A DNA stretch of 64,000 nt from Eukaryota sp. TZLM1-RC (Eukaryota; Protista; Metamonada: BaSk clade), in contig JAUPSS010000012.1 in the NCBI GenBank assembly GCA_040285825.1, forward strand, positions 62,001 through 126,000, in the 5' to 3' direction. The notes below the pieces were generated by a model that did no database searches, was not told where the DNA came from, and was given only the letters and a program-made list of their open reading frames with translations. This document shows, piece after piece, positions 20,773 to 34,000 of this stretch. Both the position numbers and the translations under genes were made by a program. The stretch's first letter is position 1. Each line of letters opens with the position of its first letter.

Positions 20773-21179
20773 ATAGTTTTCATGTAAATGTTGTTTTGTT
20801 AAACAACCCAATTCATTGTTTACACTATCAAAAATTAACCAGTTTTTCAACGTTCCTTTAATGACTCTGAGCGGGATTCATACCAGTATTCTGGTGACAA
20901 CACTAGTTGGCTGGTGGATGAGATGATCTACAACAACAGACAATATTCAATGTTCTGGAAAGTATACATGTACGAATAGTTACTTTACACACCTTTTTTC
21001 TTTGTACAGTGACAGCAGTCTCATCACTAATCATAATCCTGAACAAACGTAATCAATACTTTCAGGGGTTCAATCACATGCACTGATACAGATCTTGTCA
21101 CCATCCTAATATGAAAAGCGACTTATTTTGCTCACAATGTTTGAGTATTCAATCAATTTGTATATTTGAACTTTAATTA

Positions 21180-21990
21180 ACTTTTCTTGACATAGTTCTC
21201 TATGGAAAATGGTGTTGTAATGTAGCTTTAAAAATCACTCGTTTCAAGTCAACTGTCACTGGAAAAATTTTGAGGAATGAATTTGGAGAAATCGAAAACT
21301 TCAAGGAAGTTTCATGGAAGTTCCACATCTTGTTTCCTACAGCCAATAACTTGTAGTTGTTAACCCAAACACAACCAATCTTCATGATTCAGCTTACACT
21401 ATTAAATTTTCGAAACTTTTGGATTGTGCTAAATTTCTTTGGCTTGAATTTATTGGAGGAAATTTTTTAAATTTGTTTCTTTCTTATTTTCCAATTTCAT
21501 TTCTTTGATATAAGGAATTCATTTTCTCAAACTCCACAACCACTGGCGAAAACTTACAACTTATTGTTAATAATTTTTTCCAAATGTTTACAACGAACGA
21601 GAAACAGAAGTGTACATTCCCCTGAAATTAGAAAATTCAATTCTGTTTTGCCACAAAATTTAGTGACAAATTCTTCCATTTCTGATTTTACCAATTTGGG
21701 AACACTAATCTAAAAAAGAGCCACCGGTTTTACCCAACTCTTCAAATAAGAAATGTAATAAGGCAATAAAGGTATCGGGTGTGTGTTAATTTTTAGGCAT
21801 ATTTGATAATTTTGGCCTCTTCAGCTCTACGTTAAGGCAAATTACAATCAATAAATGGTTCGGGAAAACAGTCTTAGCACAATTAAAACTTAAACCATTT
21901 ACAAGATTGTTTAGTTGACTAGATCATCGAAGATGCATTAAATAATAGAAACAGCAGGGTCATCAAAAAACAAACCATATGATTAGTTGA
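21180..21990 (-). mobile_element. Probable decayed N-terminal part of a CRE-like ORF
   Basis: Stop-riddled coding-like sequence resembling 6700-7050 and 54230-54620; weak. Confidence 0.3.
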
Positions 21991-22348
21991 ACAAGATTCA
22001 TTACAACTATCCAGTTCGATCTGGAAGAAAAAAGATTGATTTTGCAAAAGCAACTGCAAATTGAATAAATGAGTTTTTTAATTTCATTTAATCTGCGATT
22101 AAATGTAGCAGTAGTAGTCAAAATGTAGCCAAAAACAAATAAAAAATGAGATGGGAACCACAATTTTTTGAAATGAGACAGCTTTGGCACAGGTGTAATG
22201 CAGTGTGCGGTGTCAATATAATGGGAGATAATTCGAATAATTAATTACACATAATTAATCTTGGATACCATGTTTGTAATTGTTTTGGTAATTATGCCAT
22301 TTTGTGCTGAAGTTTTCGGGTTCAAAGACTTTGCTATTACATTCCCAC

Positions 22349-22684
22349 ATGTCTCTTCTCTCAACTAAATCATGGCATCCTGGTAAGCTTAACAACATGA
22401 TCAAGGTAGCCACTGACGAGGAAAATGTTAAGGCTGAACGACAGAAAAAGATTCACAATATACAACGTCGAAAAGCTCAGGATAGAATCAATCTACTCCG
22501 ACAACGGGCAGGTTTGCCTAAACACGATTGGGACATCATTCTTCAAACAGAGGACACTGAGCATGCAGAGAGAAAGCGTCGTGGTACCCCATTAATGCCT
22601 CAACCCCAGCAGAAGCATCCGAGAACAATGAATTCATCTGCTATAAAACAACAAATCTTACATGAAGACCCTCTACCAGGTTAA
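22349..22684 (+). CDS. Cir_N-domain splicing-associated protein (CWC25/LENG1-like)
   Basis: MSLLSTKSWHPGKLNNMIKVATDE...RINLLRQRAGL. The 3' end may be extended by splicing. Confidence 0.75.
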   Translation: MSLLSTKSWHPGKLNNMIKVATDEENVKAERQKKIHNIQRRKAQDRINLLRQRAGLPKHDWDIILQTEDTEHAERKRRGTPLMPQPQQKHPRTMNSSAIKQQILHEDPLPG

Positions 22685-23029
22685 TTCTAGGATTTGCTTA
22701 AACATTCTTTTTGGTAGTTACTTGTGGACCATTTGCTTACCAGGAACAGGTAAACATTATACGTACCAAGGTTGTAACATTATTTTCTGATGTAAAACCA
22801 AGTATGGGGTTTATTTGTGGGGGTTTGTTTATTCAGTTGTTTCTGCAAATATGGTACATCGATTAGTCGAGGTTTAATCTACCAATTAAGCCAACATGAC
22901 CTTCTTTCCCTTATTCTTTGTTGTTGCTTCTATTTTTTCGAAGTTCGTATTCAAGATCTCTGTTACAATAAATAAATTTGGCAAGCAACAACTTAATGTA
23001 TTTCTACAAAGAAAGATGCAATTTACAAA

Positions 23030-23110
23030 ACTTTATTGATTACTTCATCATTCAAAGAGTTCCTTTCAAGGTTGGACTCTTTAAAATCACATAGAAATCA
23101 ACAATAAAGT
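23030..23110 (-). promoter_or_regulatory. SECIS element (type II-like)
   Basis: Minus strand: ACTTTATTG..ATT (helix I), GTGA core, TTTAAAGAGT, loop CCAA with CCTT-GA-AAGG mini-helix, ACTCTTTGAA, TGA, ..AATCAATAAAGT. Lies in the 3' UTR of a gene with a penultimate-type UGA. Confidence 0.85.
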
Positions 23111-23123
23111 GCATGAACGAAGA

Positions 23124-23519
23124 CTACCTTGGTCATCCACCACGGGGTTTGGGAAGTGATCCAATAGTACCCATGGATCTACGGCCTTCAGGAGAAGGTC
23201 TATATGAACCACTTCGCAGGGTATTGATTGCTAAAATGGCGATCAACAGAGCAAAGGCTGGACGCTTACCGACAAGTAGTCCCACTAAGATCAGAGCTAC
23301 GACAACGAACCGTCCATCGATTTGGATGTTACCAAATCGAAGAGACAGGGCTTGGAGCAAACTAACAAGAAGATCAGAGGGTGCAGGTGCAGGTTGCTGT
23401 GTGCTCCTGACGTTTGGCAGTGGTTGAGAAGCTACAGGACGAGGAAACGGTCGTGATTCAGGAGATGGTTCGTCATCAGCAACATCCACGATCTCCCCAT
23501 TGATTATGCGTTTGGGCAT
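23124..23519 (-). CDS. Candidate selenoprotein: FAM241/SelK-like membrane protein, Sec at TGA 23133-23135, 131 aa
   Basis: MPKRIINGEIVD...hydrophobic hairpin...MGTIGSLPKPRGG-TGA-CCA-AGG-TAG, giving GGUPR*. SECIS immediately downstream. Confidence 0.82.
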
Positions 23520-25617
23520 GATAAAAGAGCTTATGTATTGATGAAGAAAGTTTAACGCTATAAGATAAATTGGATAAAACAAGACAGATAATGCAAACTT
23601 TATGGTTTTCCCTTTGTGTTACTTTTACTGCAATTTTGTAAAATTGATTTGGTCGTAGATCAACTATGTTTTACTATTTGTGACGAATCCTTATATAGCA
23701 GTTGGATAACAATGAATATGAAATTTTAGAAAACACAAAACCCACGCTTTTGGATCTTCGAGTGAATCACAGTACATTTTTGTTGATGTTTTGTGGTCAC
23801 AATATGATTCAAGGAACACTGATTATAGTTACTATACCTAAACACTCACTGTAAAATCCTTCCAAATATCGTGGTTTGAAATGATGAAACATACAGCATC
23901 AATATCCGTAGGAATAGTGAATCATTCAACCTGATGGTGAATGAATTCTTGATGGTGATTTTTGATTGAATTTCACAACGTCACATCACGATATCGTAAC
24001 TGTAAGAAATACATATATTACGTAATAGTTTTTGCTCTACTGTATTTTCATTGAATTAAAATTCGTTCTGGTATTCAATATCCTCCAAACAAGCGTCACT
24101 ATTAGTAAAACTACTCACATCAATTCGTTCATATTCTACACCAATAGATAAAAGAGCTTTAGAAATCATTGTTGATATATACTTGAAATTTTAAAAAACC
24201 AATTCTATTTAACCAGAAAGTCGAATTCATTTTTTACGAGATCTATTCAGTAAAACTTATTTGAAGCAAAACAGTGTAACTCTTAAGGTCCATTATTGCC
24301 AAAAAGAGAAACTACAAACGGCACAAACTGATATTTCACATGTTCGACTCTACCTAATTGTGCCAATGGTTCTTCATATTTGTGTATTTTCTTTTTTTCG
24401 GCGTTAGATAGCGGGTTAGATTACGTAATTGTGTTGTTACTGAATTTCTTGACATACGGAAGCTTTTATTCGCAATTGTTGGTTGCAAAGATTATTGATA
24501 CTTCCTTTTACACTATTGAAGGAACATCACTGGAAAGGAGAAAGAATTCAGCAAACCAATGCAGGTAAGTGTTAAATCTTGCACCTTCTCCCTTCTTCCT
24601 TAAGTAGTTTCTGACTTGCCATTTTCTACACTTTATTCTAAATCAATCTGACCAACTTTTCAACAGTATCAATCGAATTTGTTGTGTATTCAATTAGCTA
24701 TGTTCATTTTATCCCTCAAAATAGAGACTCTAAAAATTCTGTTCAATGAGAAGTTCATGTTTCTATAAGACTAGTTGTGTGATAAGTTGTGTATTTAGTC
24801 ATTTTTATTTTTTATTGATTATTTAAGTTAATTTTCAAAATTTTCTTTGCATACAACCTCAGCCTGAGTATTCAACCAAGACAAATTGTTTGACTTCTCT
24901 TGAAAATCAAGAAAGCTACTGTTGGTATTATATAACATTGACATAAGAGCTGTTGTAACAATTTGTTTCCAACATAAGTTCTTCTTATATCAAGGTTTCT
25001 GATCATCAATTTCAGAAAGGTTCAAGTTGTAACTTATTTCATTGACACAAAAAAGGGTACACATGTATCTTGGTATCGTGGGAAAAATACACCTAGATAA
25101 TAAAAATAATTCAGCATATTTTGTAATTGTTCCTGATGTTGGTTTTATTTAGATCATATAAAGTACCGATTGATGAAATTCTATCATTTAAAATTTGTTT
25201 GATATAAAAGTTTCCATTAATTAAACAGGCTTCTACACATCAGAAATAGAAATAGATACTGAAGCTACCATTCAAAACTCTTTCATATCTCAAAGGTGTT
25301 ATTTGAAGAACAAGTTTTGCTTAAAAAATTCTATTTAAATGAATATTCTTTGGGAATTTTTGGTTCTTTTTGTCCTCCTTTTGAACAAAATTTCGTAAAT
25401 AATTCCGAAAATATAACTAATATAGCATCGATTTAAGTGCGCAAATTCAAAAAATAATATTCAATTTTAATGACAAATTAAAACCAAACCTGGAAATCAA
25501 GTGACAAAAGTGTTGAACCAATTTTGCTTTGTCTTAAACCAAATAAATCTAAAGCAACCAAGAAATCACCAAGAAAATAAAGAAAATAAAGAAAAAAAAG
25601 TTTATTTTTTGTTATAT

Positions 25618-27681
25618 TTACAATAAGTCAAGAAGGTCATCATCCTCTTCGACCTTTGCTGCTCCTGCCTCCTCCTCAACTTTAACTGGTACAACATCCT
25701 TATAAAAGCTCTGTGAGGCTTCAAGGTCATACCCGACTCCAAGAACATCCTCAGTCGTGATGGGAAACACATTTTCTTCATTTAATTCTCTGAAAAGATC
25801 AACTGTTAAAATATTATTATGAGTTTGTTTTAAATTTTCCAAAAAATCATTAAACTTTGTACATAATTCAGAATTACCATTACTAACAACGGCTTCCCTC
25901 ATACCTTTAACCAACTTCACCACTCTTTTGAAATTACTGGTTCCAATAGTATTAACCATCAAATCGGAAACTCTATCAGAAGCAATCATCATAGCAGTTA
26001 GTAACTGCGTCGAATCAGTTGCATACTTTTGCAAATCACCAATAGGATCCTCAAATGATAGACTTACCTTGGACTCGACTCTATCATCAAATCTAGGCCT
26101 TTTTGCTTCTTCCTGAACCACTTCTCTAATAGAATCAGACCATTTGGACCTCCTTTTCCCTTTCTTATCAGTAGTTTCCTTAACCGGACACGCCTTGAAC
26201 AGAGCCTCAATATCATCCTTTGATTTATTCACCATTATAGACCGCGGGAACAGAACTGTGGTCACCCTCTGATCACAAGCAACTTTTTCATCCATTCCTA
26301 CCTTACCCAAAGCTCTTGCTCTCACGGTTGAGTAGAAGCTTTGGAGAGCGGGGTTGGGGGTAGAGAACGTGGCATAGTCATCATCACCAAGGGTCATTTT
26401 ATCAATCAGATCAGCACAAAGATCGACATTTTGAGGTTTGGGTTCTGGTAAGTCATCAAAAGACCAAGGTCGAATATCTTCGAAATAGGGTAATTGATGT
26501 AAGATAAAGTAAATTCGATTTCCTTCACCAGTTGGAATCAATACACTAATAGAGGGTGGCGAATTCTTTCGTTTGACTGTTCTCACAAGCAAACAAACCC
26601 GGTTGACCTTCATGACGTGATGGAGGGCAGTAAATGACTGCAAGTGCCTCTCACTTTCGGCAACTAAAACGTCAACACCTGCCATAAACAGAAACCTCGA
26701 GATTTGCGCCTTACGCACAAACCCAATCACTCGAAGCCCCCTAGCTTCAGTATTTAACAACCCCTTCACCTCATCCATTTCCTCCTTCGTCACTGCAACG
26801 GCTGACGTACCATAGAAATAACCTTTGACTTTATCATCTTCCTCAAGAACAATCGAAGGGTCATTTGGATCAATGGTGGCTGAATCCCTTTTTACTGATG
26901 GTAGTGATGCTGCATTGACGTACTCTCCATTTGTATTAGGGAGATCAACGGTGTTGTTTTCAAAAGATGAAGCTTCTGTTGATTTTCTACTGGGCAATTT
27001 CTCCTCCTTTACAAAAGAAAAGGACTTTAAAGGTATTGCATTGACACCTCCAAATTCCAAAGCAAGACCAATTCCTCTATGCATCCATTTATGAGAAAAT
27101 AAAGAGTAATGGTACGTACCATCTGATAGACAATACGTTTGAGCTCCCGTGGATGAGGCTAGGTCTGAGAACCTTGACCACGTGGTGTGAGTGTCCATGG
27201 TGATGGTATTCTCTTGCTGAGATGTGTTGATAAAGTTCATGTTGACAGAGGTGGAAGCCAGGCGTGTGAGGATCTGGTCAATGTTGGAATCATCAACATC
27301 AGAAGTGAAGGGGGAAATCATGTAGATTGTGCGATCGGACTTAGCGGTTCCCATCTGCTCAATATCTTCGTGAGCTACGATTAATGCATCAAGGAGATCG
27401 GCAGAATAGTCTGTGGGTTCTAGTTCAGAAGCAGATATTATAGTACCAATTGTAAGGTGATGAGGCTCTTTAGAAAGGGAAATATGATGGTACCCATCAA
27501 GTTCTTCTGCAAGAACGTTGTTGGTTTCTTCAGTACCACAAAGATATATACAAACATATTCTTTAGGACTATTGATGGCAATACTCTCAAGAACAAGAGA
27601 TGTAAGGTTGCGAGTAGAATCTAAATAAGGTTCTATGTGTGTACCTACATCAATTACTACAGTTGAATAGTTTTTGGCCAT
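25618..27681 (-). CDS. KU80: Ku80 DNA end-binding subunit
   Basis: vWA N-terminus (VVIDVG, ADLLDALIVA), Ku core (KGYFYG, QLPYFEDIR, NPALQSFY), helical CTD and terminal EEDDDLLDLL. Confidence 0.93.
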   Translation of the reverse strand: MAKNYSTVVIDVGTHIEPYLDSTRNLTSLVLESIAINSPKEYVCIYLCGTEETNNVLAEELDGYHHISLSKEPHHLTIGTIISASELEPTDYSADLLDALIVAHEDIEQMGTAKSDRTIYMISPFTSDVDDSNIDQILTRLASTSVNMNFINTSQQENTITMDTHTTWSRFSDLASSTGAQTYCLSDGTYHYSLFSHKWMHRGIGLALEFGGVNAIPLKSFSFVKEEKLPSRKSTEASSFENNTVDLPNTNGEYVNAASLPSVKRDSATIDPNDPSIVLEEDDKVKGYFYGTSAVAVTKEEMDEVKGLLNTEARGLRVIGFVRKAQISRFLFMAGVDVLVAESERHLQSFTALHHVMKVNRVCLLVRTVKRKNSPPSISVLIPTGEGNRIYFILHQLPYFEDIRPWSFDDLPEPKPQNVDLCADLIDKMTLGDDDYATFSTPNPALQSFYSTVRARALGKVGMDEKVACDQRVTTVLFPRSIMVNKSKDDIEALFKACPVKETTDKKGKRRSKWSDSIREVVQEEAKRPRFDDRVESKVSLSFEDPIGDLQKYATDSTQLLTAMMIASDRVSDLMVNTIGTSNFKRVVKLVKGMREAVVSNGNSELCTKFNDFLENLKQTHNNILTVDLFRELNEENVFPITTEDVLGVGYDLEASQSFYKDVVPVKVEEEAGAAKVEEDDDLLDLL

Positions 27682-28061
27682 AAGAGCAACAATGATGAGG
27701 TAGTTGATAGTGAAAGTTTTTTGGTCGATGTAATTCAATTCATTCTGCAGTTTCTGCATTGTACATGTGCTTTCATTATTGGAAGCCTTCCATCACGATT
27801 TCACCAAAATGGATGGTGGTTGTTCCATCCAATCTGGAATATCGATGAGGCGGGAACTTGATTATTATTAAATCTATTGTACTGGAATATCCAACGTGAC
27901 TTAAAGAGTCAGAAAATAAACATACAATACAGTCTTGTATAAACAATAAGAAAACAACTTCTTAAATGATGTTAATGTGTGTATTTCACGTAAAGCAAAT
28001 CTGCAACATCCACATATCAAATTCTACTTTCTAATTTAAACTTCTAGTTTCTCATTCGTCA

Positions 28062-31000
28062 ATGGGATCTCATCCCAAGCTTAACTTGGAAAAAGCCCAA
28101 CTTGTTGATTTTGGTAGAGTAGCTTGCTTCTCCAAATCCACATATGATCTCCACCTCACCAACAGCGGTGGTTCTCAGGCTGAGGTATCCTTCTCTGTCA
28201 CCCAATCTCTTGTGAACCTCGCCATTTCCCCCTCCTCCATCTCCATCCCTCCTGGTTCAGACCAAACAATCACCCTCACCCTTCAAGCACGCGAGAAGGG
28301 TATCTTTAAAGCTTTTGTCCAGGTCACTACCAAATCCAACTCTGGTTACTTTTCCCAAACCACCCTTGATGTCAATGCTTTGGTAGTGGGCACCAAACTC
28401 TCTTTTCACTCCCCTTCCTCTGGTCAACAGCTTTCTGAGCTTAGTTTTGACCGTTCAATTCCCATTTTTTTCGGGGAGTCTGTATCTTTTACCGTTCCCT
28501 TGTTCAATGACACTCCCTCTCGAGCTTCTTTTAATATCGTCCATGACAGAGCTCCTGACTGTTTGGAGGAGTCGATTCTTACTGCTGATGTAATTGATTA
28601 CCTTTCAGTTTCCCCTAAAACAGGTCAGCTTTCCCCTCTTGAAAAATCAGAAATCACCTTTTCAATCAATCCACAGGTTTCCCAGTCAATTATGTCGATG
28701 ATTCAGCGGTTAATAATGCGAAATGAGGTGGCTTCTGTAATTAATTCTAATGGTTTCAGAATTAAATTCATGATTAATGTTAATTGTGACCCAAAAAAAA
28801 GTTCTTTCAACTTATTTCTTAATCTAGATTTTATTTTTCCAGTTGTTAGTTGTTCCCAATATGAAATTTTCTTTCCTGAAACTGGTGTTAACAAGAAGAA
28901 CTCAGTTCCAGTCACGTTGACCAATCAAAATAATCAAGACGTCGCAGTTTCCTTTGACAAAATTGCACATTTCTGTATCAATCCCAGCCAGTCAATTCTC
29001 AAACCAAACACAAGAGCTACATTTATCTGCACTTTTAATCCAAAAAGAAGTGGAAAAATCAGTGGTAAGGTTTTCCTAAATATTGGTAAAAGCAGCAAGT
29101 TTTTGCTCAAATTACTTCCAATTACTCTTTCTGGAAGTTCGTACTTATCGAAGAATAACCAATCAATTAATCTTACCAAAACCAACAATTCTGAAGAAAT
29201 TTACAAGTTGAACACTATTAAAAAACCATTATTTAAAACCGATCCTTCAATTTTAGATCCCCTCAACCCCTATCAATTGGATGTGGAAGAAATGGAAGGA
29301 AATTATGAGCATAGGACTCAATATATCAAACATTTAAGGGAACAAAGGGTCAAAAAAGCTCAAAAAGCACGTGATATCGAAAGGAAAAGGTTTGAAAATG
29401 CAGTTGATTTGGGAATTAAACCTGATGATTCTTTTCCCCACCTTAAACCTTTACCTTTAACCGAATCTGTTGAGTTTGGGTCAAAGCGAAAGGATTTGAG
29501 GGAAGCGGCTTTAGTAAATAGATACTTGGATTCTTCCATTTATATTGAGAAAAAGTTTCCTCCTCCTTCTAAAATAGAGTCCTCTGGGTTGAGGTATTTG
29601 GATGAAGATGAGTTGTCATTAGTCATCACCAGCCAACTTGAGCTAGACTTTGGAAGACTGACGATTGGGTCGAAGGGGGTCAAGTATTTCAATATTTATA
29701 ATGGAACTGATTCAGCTATATCGGTCAAAATCGACGTGACTGGGCATGACTTGATTGACTGTCATCAAAGCACACGTCATCCTCAGCTGGTGCCGGCAAA
29801 ATCAGTTGCTGGTTTTTCAGTGGTTTTAAATTCTGCCAATTTCAATAAAATTGAACAATTTTCTTCCAATGTTAATGTTATAATCAACAACCAGGCGGTT
29901 TTCCAATTTTCCATTATGGGTGAAATCGTCCCGGTCACGGTCAACGCTGTTCCTGATTTGATTGGTTTTGACTTGACCCATGACGACCCTGAAAATTTGG
30001 GCAAATCGACAGAAGAAAAGTGTGAAGAGATCTTTGCCTTAGCCAATCCAGGGAATCTTAATTTAGATTTCAAATTAATGCAAAAACCCTCGTTCTTAAT
30101 TATTTCTCCTACTTATGGTTCAATTTCGGCATTTAATTCTACTAAAATCAAAGCCGTATTTATCCCGGATGAAAATTTGTCTTATTCGGATTCAGTGGTT
30201 TTCAAAATAACTAATGATTACACAATCAAAGTAGACATTGTTGCTAAAATTCCAGAAGGGAAACTGGTGACGTCATCAACGGTCAGAAAAGGGCTTGATT
30301 TTGGTCTTTGTTTAGCCGGAGATTCTGTTACTAAATCGTTTTTGATCAAGAATGTAGGTAAATTTGATTCATTTTTCAGAATTCATTCAAAATTGTTATC
30401 CAAGGCTGATTTTACCATCTCCCCAAGCAGTGGTCTAATTAAAGCTGCTGGAGAAGCGGAAGTTTCTATCAAATTGGCCCCATCAGTTCAATCAGAATCT
30501 TCAAGACTTTCTCATGTTTTTGAGCTTTTGTGCTCTGGACAACCTAAAATTAAAATACATTGTAAAGCCAAGGTTGACGTGGCTAAGATCAAAGTGAATC
30601 CTGATTCAATCATTTTTGATAGAGTCTTTGTTGGTCAAACAGGGCACGTCACTGTTGACGTTTCCAATCTGTCTGAATGCAGTACAGATGTTCTTTTAGA
30701 CTTTAGTGACTATCCCGCCTTTGATGTGGATTTTTCCAAAAGTACACCTAATTCTATACTATACCACAAACCTCCGATCAATCAAAAGTTGATTGATTCG
30801 TCCCCCAGTCAAAAACAACCTTCCATTTCTAATAGAAGGGCCTATTTGTTAAGATTGTCCTCACTTGCCAGCAACAAAGTTTGTTTGAGTTATTCACCTA
30901 AAAAAGTTGAAGAATTGACATTTGAAATACCCCTCTCTTTTCCATCATTCAATTTTGATTGTGACTGTCAGTTTTCAATCAAATCAACGTCATCATTAGG

Positions 31001-34000
31001 GAGACTATTGTTGACATCTGATTATATCAACTTTGGTAGCAAAGCAATAATAACTGAGGAAATGCCTGATCCTCTGTCACTTTATCAATCAAATCTGTTA
31101 GTTTCCTCCTCTGAAATGTTCAATACAATCAATTTTAAAATCAAGTCCCCAAAAGACTCTCCTTTCCGCTGCTTAAGTCCTCCTGGTTTATCAATTTCTC
31201 CACAAGACAAAGTTGATTTGCAGTTTTCTTTTTGCCCAAAATCAATTGGTCATTTTTCTGATCAATTTGAATTAATTTCTGATAATGGTGAACATTACAT
31301 TGTCAAGGTAACAGGAAATGCTACTTCTCCTTGTATTATGTTTAGTCAAGACCGAATTGTTTTTCCACCATCACCTCTGGGAGTTGAACTCACAACCCTT
31401 CTCACTCTCACTGCTGTTGGTATCCCCTCGACTACGCTAGAGGCAAGATTGCCCCCTGATGAGACGAGAATTCCAATCACTGTTGATTTTCTTAATGGTA
31501 ATTCACTGGGCTTTAATAACCCTTCCTTATCGGTATTGGTTAAAGTCAAGAGTGACTATTCCTTATCCTTTGTTGGCTGCATTGATTTTATTACCGATTC
31601 AGGAATTAAATTTTCAATAACTTGTTGTGGGATTTTTGATAATTCATTCCTGACACTTTCACCATCATTAAAATTAAATGAAAATTACTTTCAAAATATC
31701 TTAAATAGCTCAAAAAACAATGGCAGTTACAACTCAGGGTCAATCAACTTTGATTTTCCATCAATCAATACGTGTGGGGGTCAGGGGGTTAACAACTCTG
31801 ATTATTTGGTATCTTTAGGAAACTTTCCTCCTTTTGAACCACTTCCTATTCCTAGTTTAAATGAAATTATTTCAAATTCCAACCAAAATTTGGTATTTTC
31901 TTTCTTGAGTACTTTTATTTTTGATAAATCAGCCCCCAAATGTTTTGCTGATTTCTTTTCTAATAATTGTCGATGTTTTAAACTGCTTGTCGAGAAAGTG
32001 ATTGGAAAACAGTGCAATCAGCTCAAAATCACTTCAAATAATAAAGATCAAACCCAAATTTTGCTAAACTTCACCCAAACTGCGCTAAAATTGTTGAAAT
32101 CTCGTGGTTTGTTATTAAACACTGTAAGGGCCACCTATCTCTTACCAAGAGAGCAGTTTATTGAACTTTTACTTGAGGAGTACCAATATTTTCGCCCCAA
32201 TTGCGATTTATCATCTGTTCCAATCAAAAGTGAGCTCTATTCGTCACTTGATGCCCAATATTTGGAGGTATCGAGCTCTTCTTGGACTTTGCTGTTACAC
32301 CAGTGCTTCAAAGTTTGTTTGTTGGATCCGCTTAATCCTGAAATTTTAAATATTTCAGACCAGGCTTCTGGACTAGTCAAGTTTGGATCTGAAAAATCAA
32401 AGAATTTCTATTCTTATTCTGAAACTTTGCTGCTGGCCTGGATTAATTCATTGGTAACCAAGTATTTTCCTCAAATGGATAGTAAAATTTCGAATTTTGA
32501 TACTGATTTCGCTAATTGTGTCCCCTTTGTTTGTCTATTGCTACATTATTTACCATTTTTCTGCACATCTAGTTTTTCATTTTTGAATGAATTTTCTGAT
32601 TTATCTTTAATTGATTCAGAAACTCTAAATGTTTTATTTAGAAACTATAGAAAAGATTGTGCTGGTGACATCCTGAATATTTTAACAAGAGATTTGGGGT
32701 TTGATCTAACGATTTCTATTAATGATTTACTCAATCCACTTAACAGAAATGTGCTAATTCTCCTTACAATGCTTGCTCACGTGTTGCCGGCATATAAAAA
32801 AGAATCAGCTGATCAATCAAATTTGATTGAATTCAGAGCTAAATTAGGAAGTGTTGTGTCAAAACAAATTTCTATATCTAATTCATTCAATCAACCTGTT
32901 ACTTATAGAATTATTTTTCACAACAATCATTCCAATACTTTTTCAACTGAATCAAATTTATTTGAAGTAGGTGCCCAACAAAGTGATAGTTTACGAATCG
33001 ATTACAATTGCAAATTTTCGAGAAAAGATCAATGTGGTCTCTACTTAATTCCTCTTAAAGTCGGCTTGACTTACCCTCAACCCCATTCATTTACCCTTAA
33101 ATCAATCCCCCGGATGACGCGATCTGCTCAAAAAGTTGACGTGATAGGATCATTATATAGTTTGACTTCTCACGACTTTCCTGTACAAAATCCATTTGAT
33201 AGCGAAGCCAATTTGACTTGTCAAGTAGTCGTCAGCTCAGTTGATGATCTTTTGGCTCCAAATTTTAAAAATTTCGAATCATTAGCCTCTTCTGTCAACC
33301 CCTTTACTCTCCATAGAGATTCCATTTCTCTAAAAGCCAATGAATCCACTACTCTCACCATTGACTTTTGCCCATTTCTGCTTGGTAATTTTTCCGGTTT
33401 TATTTGTTTTTCAGATGAGAATTTAGGTGAATTCATAATAGATTTAGAGGGTGTTTCTGAACTTCCAAAGGCTGCAGCGTCAACAGAGATTAGGACGAAT
33501 GCTGGTGAAAATACGGAGTTCAATATTCAAATTCCAACGAAAAATTCTCTATTTGAGTCTATTTGTAATAATAACGATGATGTAGAAGTTAATTCATTGT
33601 TTGAATCTTATTCAAATGATAACGAAATTGCTTATTTTGTTCTTAACAATGCAAAAACGGCCACTTTGCCCAATGCCTTCACGATAAACAAGTCTAGAAA
33701 AGTGTCCCAAAAGTCTAATATTTCGGGGTTAGATCGGGCAAAGCTCACCGAAGGAACACGATCAATCAAAAGAGAAGGGTCGATTATGACTGATTTATCG
33801 ATGAGAATGGGACAAAATTTTAAAAATTTCAATAATTTAACTGGAAATTTTAGGTCAAATCAATGTGGAAGACACGATATTAGAATTGTTTTAGTGTCCA
33901 AATTCGACATCAGGGTCGTGTATTTGACTGCCCACGTGACGTCTTCGGCAACCAGCCAATCATCAACTGTAGAGTTTAAGTGTCCTTTAAAGCAAAATTG

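Noticed and set aside
23600-25600. Gene or element in this 2-kb gap
   Set aside because: Only stop-riddled coding-like scraps with no recognisable motif.
27809-27832. TGGATGG/CCATCCA inverted repeat in the Ku80-CFAP47 divergent promoter
   Set aside because: A 7-bp stem is expected by chance; no further support.
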